A DNA stretch of 64,000 bases from Chloroflexota bacterium (GTDB lineage Bacteria; Chloroflexota; Dehalococcoidia; Lucifugimonadales; Lucifugimonadaceae): positions 660-64,659 of the forward strand of contig JABIHL010000098.1 of the NCBI GenBank assembly GCA_018649665.1. The letters run 5' to 3'. The position numbers and the translations under genes are program-made. Below the pieces are notes generated by a model. It ran no database searches, was not told where the DNA came from, and saw nothing but the letters and a program-made list of their open reading frames with translations. This document shows, piece after piece, positions 58,866 through 64,000 of the stretch. Within the stretch, counting starts at the first letter, position 1, and each line of letters starts with the position of its first letter.

Positions 58866-60104
58866 TTACCGATTTCGAAAATCGGGAATGTCGAGAGGTT
58901 CGCCGTTTCGTTTTACGTTCTCGATCGAGATCGGAAAAATACTGCTCCAAGTGACCGCGTCGTAAACGTCGATCGGTGGTTCGATTTCGCCAGTCACAGT
59001 TCTTGCAAAGTCGTACATCACGAAGTAATCGCCACCTCCGTGACCAGCCTGAATCGCCTCTTCGCCGAGCTCTTTCCAATACGGGTGCTCGTACTTGTCG
59101 CTCAAATCCCGCAGCGGCTGCCACTCGGGATGAGTTTCGTTCGACTGACCCGATGGTCGCGCCATGCCTTTGTAGCCGAAGTTCGCAGGGCTAACACCAG
59201 TCGATACGCCATCAAGCCACACGAGCGGCTGTTCGCCATCGAATCGACCCGACATGTACGCCCCTCGCGTGCCCTGCAACGTGTGAAGAGCCATGTTGTG
59301 CGGCCTCGGGCTAGCTGAGTCTTTGCGAAGGCAGATAACCCGTCCTTGCTCCGTTTCGATCAGTGTCGTTGCGGAGTCAGTGAATTCGGCCCACGCCGCG
59401 TCCTGTGCATCGACATGTCCTTCTGGAAACACCGATCTCGCCCATTCTTGCCGAGCAGCCGATTTAGTGACAAATGTCGTCGTGCGGGCGAGTCGATCGC
59501 CCCGGTTAATCCCGAGCCACTGAGCGACAGGCCCCAGCGAGTGAGTTGGATATCCGTTCCCGCGCGTTGATTGCGTAATGCCGGTTCCGCCGCCCCGCCA
59601 AGTACGAGTTAAATCGTCGTTGAACATTAGATCGCGGCAATCGTGAATATAAGCACCTTCCGCGTACGTCAGATCGCCAAAGACGTTCTGATCTGCCATG
59701 TTCTTGATCATCATCGCTTCACGTCGATAGCAATAGTTTTCAGCCATCATGTACGTCAGCCCGGTCTTCTCGACCGTCTCGACCAACGCATGGCATTCGT
59801 CGAGAGTTGCAGCGGCTATCACCTCAGACAGAACATGTTTCCCGGCGTTTAGGGCGGTTAATGCCTGACCGGCGTGAAGCAGCATCGGAGTTGCAATAAA
59901 AATCGCGTCGATACCGGGATCCTCGACCATATCTTCGAACTGCGAATACGCCTTTAAGTCAGGTCGACCGTCCGTCCAACGTGATCGTACTTCGTCTGAG
60001 GGATCACAGATCGCAACCAGTTCGATTTGATCTTCAAGACCACCCAAAACCTGATCGAATCTGGCGCCTCGGTTTCCGCCAGCCACGGCTAGTTTTATCG
60101 TCAT
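58866..60104 (-). CDS. Gfo/Idh/MocA-family oxidoreductase
   Basis: IATP..HA, GKHVLSEV, MAENYCY, YIHD, YPTHSLGP, GHGGGD. Confidence 0.9.
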   Translation of the reverse strand: MTIKLAVAGGNRGARFDQVLGGLEDQIELVAICDPSDEVRSRWTDGRPDLKAYSQFEDMVEDPGIDAIFIATPMLLHAGQALTALNAGKHVLSEVIAAATLDECHALVETVEKTGLTYMMAENYCYRREAMMIKNMADQNVFGDLTYAEGAYIHDCRDLMFNDDLTRTWRGGGTGITQSTRGNGYPTHSLGPVAQWLGINRGDRLARTTTFVTKSAARQEWARSVFPEGHVDAQDAAWAEFTDSATTLIETEQGRVICLRKDSASPRPHNMALHTLQGTRGAYMSGRFDGEQPLVWLDGVSTGVSPANFGYKGMARPSGQSNETHPEWQPLRDLSDKYEHPYWKELGEEAIQAGHGGGDYFVMYDFARTVTGEIEPPIDVYDAVTWSSIFPISIENVKRNGEPLDIPDFRNR

Positions 60105-60122
60105 TCCGGCGAGTTCCTGTGA

Positions 60123-60970
60123 TTACTTTGTGATAGCTATGAGTGGGTAGAACTCCGGCGGGCCATCTTCGTTGCCTGCCGACCAACCACCGGGAGCCTC
60201 CGACACTGTAAACCCTTCCGCCTCAATCAACTGCACCAGATCGTCTTTCGTGTGCTGAACTACCATTTGGGAATACGGGGTCACTTCGCCAGTTTTAGCA
60301 TCGACCACGTACCAGCGCTTCATTGCCATCTGCACATCGTCATGCCAAAACCCCTCTTCGAGAAGCAAATGGGGTCGTTCGCTGAAGAGACCGGACTGGT
60401 GCGAACTCCAAGAGCGGCCGGTCTCGAAGTTGGCGCGAACAATTCCTGGCTCGTGTGGCTCCAACATCATCACCCCACCGGTGTTGAGAGCGGCACGTGC
60501 TTTACGAACGATCAGGCTTAGATCTTCAGCAGAAAACACATCGATCTCGCCAAAAATCAGCATCGCTAGATCGAACTCAGTGCCATATTCCGTACTGCAA
60601 ACGTCGCCATGAACGAATTCGCTGCTAAGCGACTGTTCTGTTGCTGACGATTTGGCCCATGCGATCGACGCCGGTGAAAAGTCGATTCCGTAGGTGCTGT
60701 GCCGCGCCTCGCTAAGTCCAACGAGTGAAGACCGGGGCCACAGACGAGATCTAGCACCTTTAAATCGTCAGCCAAGCCGCCAGCGATCCGTTCAAGATAG
60801 TCGACCTGTCGATGAACGATGTCGAATCGCCGACTCGCTGTGTTGTGATCTTGAGAAAGGTGCTCTTTCAGCATTCGTTCGCTAAAACCGGGTTCGTCCC
60901 ACGGAATTTTATCGCCTTCAACCCACGGCTGAGGAGGAACAGTTCGATTCACAATGTCGACAATTTTCAT
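60123..60970 (-). pseudogene. Frameshifted class I SAM-dependent methyltransferase
   Basis: VLDLVCGPG motif I in one frame continues as GIDFSPASI...FDLAMLIFGE in another; one base missing near 60700. Confidence 0.8.
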
Positions 60971-61046
60971 GCGCTTAATCTTGCTACATCTGAAGCAATT
61001 CTGAATAGCCAGAAATAGCTGCGTTCGTAACACGCCAACAATCGAC

Positions 61047-61177
61047 TTCCCGAGTGCATCCGAGGGATCTGGCGGGGTTGCGCTGGACGAGTTCCAAAGC
61101 AGCATATCGCTAGGTCAAGCCGGCAAAGCGAGTTCCCCCGCCCCAGACCCTTCACTCCGATGACTCCGATCAGGGAA
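61047..61177. repeat. REPIN-like element, family B divergent copy
   Basis: TTCCCGAG...GAGGGATCTGGCGGGG / CCCCGCCCCAGACCCTTC...GGGAA. Confidence 0.6.
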
Positions 61178-61296
61178 TCCAGTGTTGCCTATTTGGAGTT
61201 GAAGTGAGTCTAGAACTAAGAATATTGCCCATCATCAGACTCATTTAGACGAATCGGCCCTTATCAACCGACCTCGCAGAGAATCTGCTATTGGGA

Positions 61297-61686
61297 CTAC
61301 ACTCGGTGAATGAGTTCGATTCGGATGTCGCCGGGAGCCGCAACAAACGCGATGCTCACGCCGCCGCCATTGTTAATCGGACCTTCTTTGAGTTCGGCGC
61401 CAAGTTCAACCAAGCGGGCAATATCGGCATCCATATCGTCAGTGTCGAAACCAAAGTGCTCGAGACCGTAGTGCGGGTTCGCATCGGCAGGGCCGAGCTT
61501 CTCGTCGGTTCGTTCCGACGAAATGTTGATAGCGAGTCCGCCCTCGGACTTAGTAACGATGAATCGGTCGCCAACAGGACGTACGTTGTCGGAAACGATC
61601 TCAACGTTGAACGCCTCGACGAACCAATCGGCAGTTTTCTTAGGGTCGCTAGACTTCAGGTGAATGTGATTTACGTTGAACGGCAT
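61297..61686 (-). CDS. VOC/glyoxalase-family protein
   Basis: NHIHL...LEHFGF...AFV.AP..IRIEL. Confidence 0.85.
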   Translation of the reverse strand: MPFNVNHIHLKSSDPKKTADWFVEAFNVEIVSDNVRPVGDRFIVTKSEGGLAINISSERTDEKLGPADANPHYGLEHFGFDTDDMDADIARLVELGAELKEGPINNGGGVSIAFVAAPGDIRIELIHRV

Positions 61687-61894
61687 ACTTTTTCTCGATC
61701 TGGATATACATAAAAGCCAATCGCGAATCGACAAGCTTGCGGAAAATCGCCTGCCCAAGCTACGTTCAATTTGCGTGCCAGTCAAACGGCAATCGACTGG
61801 GCAAAGCCACAGTGTCAACGCTGTTTTCCAACACACCGCTATACTGCGCCGATCAACGGATCGAATCGATTGATCGCAGGGTCACCTACCAGGC

Positions 61895-62355
61895 TGCCCT
61901 AAGACACCAGATGTAAACGTCCGCCAAATACGCCAGACCGACTCCGAAGCAGTGCGTGCGCTTGATTCGAGTATTCAGGCACCCATCGATCACCCACTTG
62001 GGATCTATACGTAAAGCGGATACTTTCGATCATCGAACTCGACTGGCTTCAGTACCCGTCGTGGGGCTGCTACGTTGCCGAAACCTATCTAGTTAGATTT
62101 CTGCTTGCTGAAAGGCAAACCACCGCCTACGTGCTGCAACCCGGAGCGAGAATCGTTGCAATTGCAGTCGAGCCATCTTTACGTCGAGCCCGGATCGGCA
62201 AAATTCTCGTCCAGGCACTTGAACGACAGGCGCGCTACGAAAACATCAAGCAGATCTATTCGATACTGCTCGCTGAAGTTGAGAGCGATTCGAAGTTTCT
62301 CGAATCATACCGGTCGAGCACATCTGATCTAAAGATTTACGCCAAGCGCGTTTGA
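61895..62355 (+). pseudogene. Decayed GNAT acetyltransferase
   Basis: VRQIRQTD..VRALD, a frameshift near 61985, then CYVAE...FLLAE...IAVEPSLRRARIGKILV. No valid start codon seen. Confidence 0.6.
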
Positions 62356-62370
62356 GCCGCTATTCGCAAA

Positions 62371-63207
62371 CTACTTAGCCATCGCCGCGAGCAGCTGTTC
62401 GTGAATAACTGGCCAACCAATAACGACCACCGATAGCTCGTCATCTTTCGACCAGTCGATTGGCGCTCCTAGTTCGTCTGTCACCAACACGCCGAGCTCG
62501 CTGGCGATCATCGCGCCAGCAGCAAAGTGCATCGGCTCAATTCCATAGAACACAGCCGCAGGAAGTCGACCAAGACACACAAGTGCAATTGGGTAGGCGG
62601 CAGAAGCGAATGTATTTATCTGGCTGACCGACTGTATCCAATCGAGATCACCCGCCAATCTCGTTCGCCATTCTTCAGGCCCATCTACTTCTAAGCCGAT
62701 GGCCGATTCAGATAGCTTTTGGATTGGCGAACAACCAGTGAACAGTTCGCCGTTTCTGATCACTCCATTGGCTTTGATCGCAGAAAGTCGTTCGCCGAGC
62801 GACGGCAACGGAAGCGATGCAGCGATCAAGTCGCCATCTTTTCGCAAGGCGATGTTCACGCCCCAGTGATCCATACCAGTGCTGAACGGAACCGTTCCAC
62901 AGAGCGGATCAACGAGCCATGTAAGCGAGTCGTCGTCCGACAACTTGGTTTCGCTCTCTTCAGAAAGAATTCGCCCAGGTGCATCTGCCGCAATTAACGC
63001 TTCAGTAATCGCCTTATCAGCGGCCAAATCGGCATCCGTTACGAGAGCGTTCGGTGATTTGTAGAACCTATCAAGTGCTTCGGCAGAGTTCGGCCGAAAT
63101 CTTGCCATCAGCACTTCACTCGCGGCAGTAGCGGCACTATCCGCGGCTTTCAGAATTTGCTGAAGATCGAGTTCATTATTTTCTTGGCTGTTCTTCAACG
63201 GATACAT
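62371..63207 (-). CDS. Inositol monophosphatase-family protein
   Basis: VTDAD, ILSEE, WLVDPLCGT (DPIDGT variant). Confidence 0.85.
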   Translation of the reverse strand: MYPLKNSQENNELDLQQILKAADSAATAASEVLMARFRPNSAEALDRFYKSPNALVTDADLAADKAITEALIAADAPGRILSEESETKLSDDDSLTWLVDPLCGTVPFSTGMDHWGVNIALRKDGDLIAASLPLPSLGERLSAIKANGVIRNGELFTGCSPIQKLSESAIGLEVDGPEEWRTRLAGDLDWIQSVSQINTFASAAYPIALVCLGRLPAAVFYGIEPMHFAAGAMIASELGVLVTDELGAPIDWSKDDELSVVVIGWPVIHEQLLAAMAK

Positions 63208-63223
63208 CCCATTTTTCGAATAA

Positions 63224-64000
63224 CTAGCTGACTGACCTGGTGGCAGGGATCATAGATTTTACTTTCAAAATCACCCGTTCGGCGTTCTCAGTCATGTATT
63301 TCGTCAACATCTCGACCGCGGAATCGCCCACACCGTTTTCTATCAGTTCGCGTCCGTTCTTAGCGACTTCATAAGCTGATTCGAACAGTTCGTTCTGAAG
63401 ATTCGCCAGTTCCGATCTAATCTCGGCACGAACCTCAGGTCCAGCCTTCACCCCGTGTTCTGTAAGTCGGTAAAAATCCCACCACGGACTATCAGTACTC
63501 TCGAATTCTCCACCGATTCCGAGCATGCCCGGTAGCTCGCCTTCGATGAAGTTAGGCAGGAAAACAGTCATACAGGGCGAATAAAGCCCGGTCCAATAAA
63601 TCGGCAATCGCTCGTCGGTGGCGCATAGATCTGCGACAAGACTCGCAGTCGAAGCACCCGTTGAATCAACAGTATTGCGGTGCAAGCAGATCGACAAATC
63701 ACCTGCTAAATCGACTACACGAGCTTCATCCGTGTTCTCACCGTCAGAATGATCGGTCAGCACTTCTATCATCGCACGTACATCTAGTTGACCAGCACCT
63801 CGGCCCAGCATCGCGTCAGATCGACACTGCCTAGCGAGTCCACTCGAAGAGTTTTCAAGATCGGCGAACGCGCTGCCGAAGGCGAATTTATCACCAAATC
63901 CCATCTCAAAAAGACCCAGTTTTGTCGCTTTAGCTTTCGCACCCGGCGACACTCTGTCTGCATCTGCACCAATCTGAGCAATATTGGATATTGAAGTGAT
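63224..64000 (-). CDS. C69/secernin-like peptidase, C-terminal part (5'-truncated by window edge)
   Basis: SIC.H, STASLVA, SPC..VF.P, SPWWDF; frame appears to run to the window end. Confidence 0.65.
   Translation of the reverse strand: MTSISNIAQIGADADRVSPGAKAKATKLGLFEMGFGDKFAFGSAFADLENSSSGLARQCRSDAMLGRGAGQLDVRAMIEVLTDHSDGENTDEARVVDLAGDLSICLHRNTVDSTGASTASLVADLCATDERLPIYWTGLYSPCMTVFLPNFIEGELPGMLGIGGEFESTDSPWWDFYRLTEHGVKAGPEVRAEIRSELANLQNELFESAYEVAKNGRELIENGVGDSAVEMLTKYMTENAERVILKVKSMIPATRSVS

Noticed and set aside
24352-61177. Recurrent palindromic repeats as a CRISPR array
   Set aside because: Copies are kilobases apart, lack regular spacers, and no cas genes are present.

Overview
64 kb of gene-dense bacterial chromosome with about 55 CDS, one tRNA-Asp(GTC) and three pseudogenes. 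I saw no integrase, transposase, rRNA or CRISPR array. The gene content resembles marine SAR202-clade Dehalococcoidia (Chloroflexota): five mandelate-racemase/enolase paralogues, many PTAT-linker lipoproteins, TrpB2 and an archaellin-like peptide. That taxonomic call is inference. From left to right the window holds: a CsoR-copA copper cluster; tRNA-Asp; MarR and TetR/DHA2 efflux units with visible operators; a soluble histidine kinase with HTH + DosS-like GAF + PAS architecture and an OmpR/KdpE-like regulator; xylonate dehydratase; GH15 and a TPS/TPP fusion; a dispersed sugar-acid catabolic region; Cys-repeat lipoproteins; leuS; and a decaying region at 57.6-62.4 kb. The strongest leads are: (1) the HTH-fused, probably haem-GAF kinase; (2) a four-copy ~80-nt structured element with compensatory base changes, three copies of which sit directly 5' of enolase-family genes; (3) a miniature archaellin-like peptide; (4) two enolase paralogues with Asn at the first metal-ligand position; and (5) two apparently unnamed secreted/lipoprotein families. 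All family calls come from reading motifs by eye; no searches were run.
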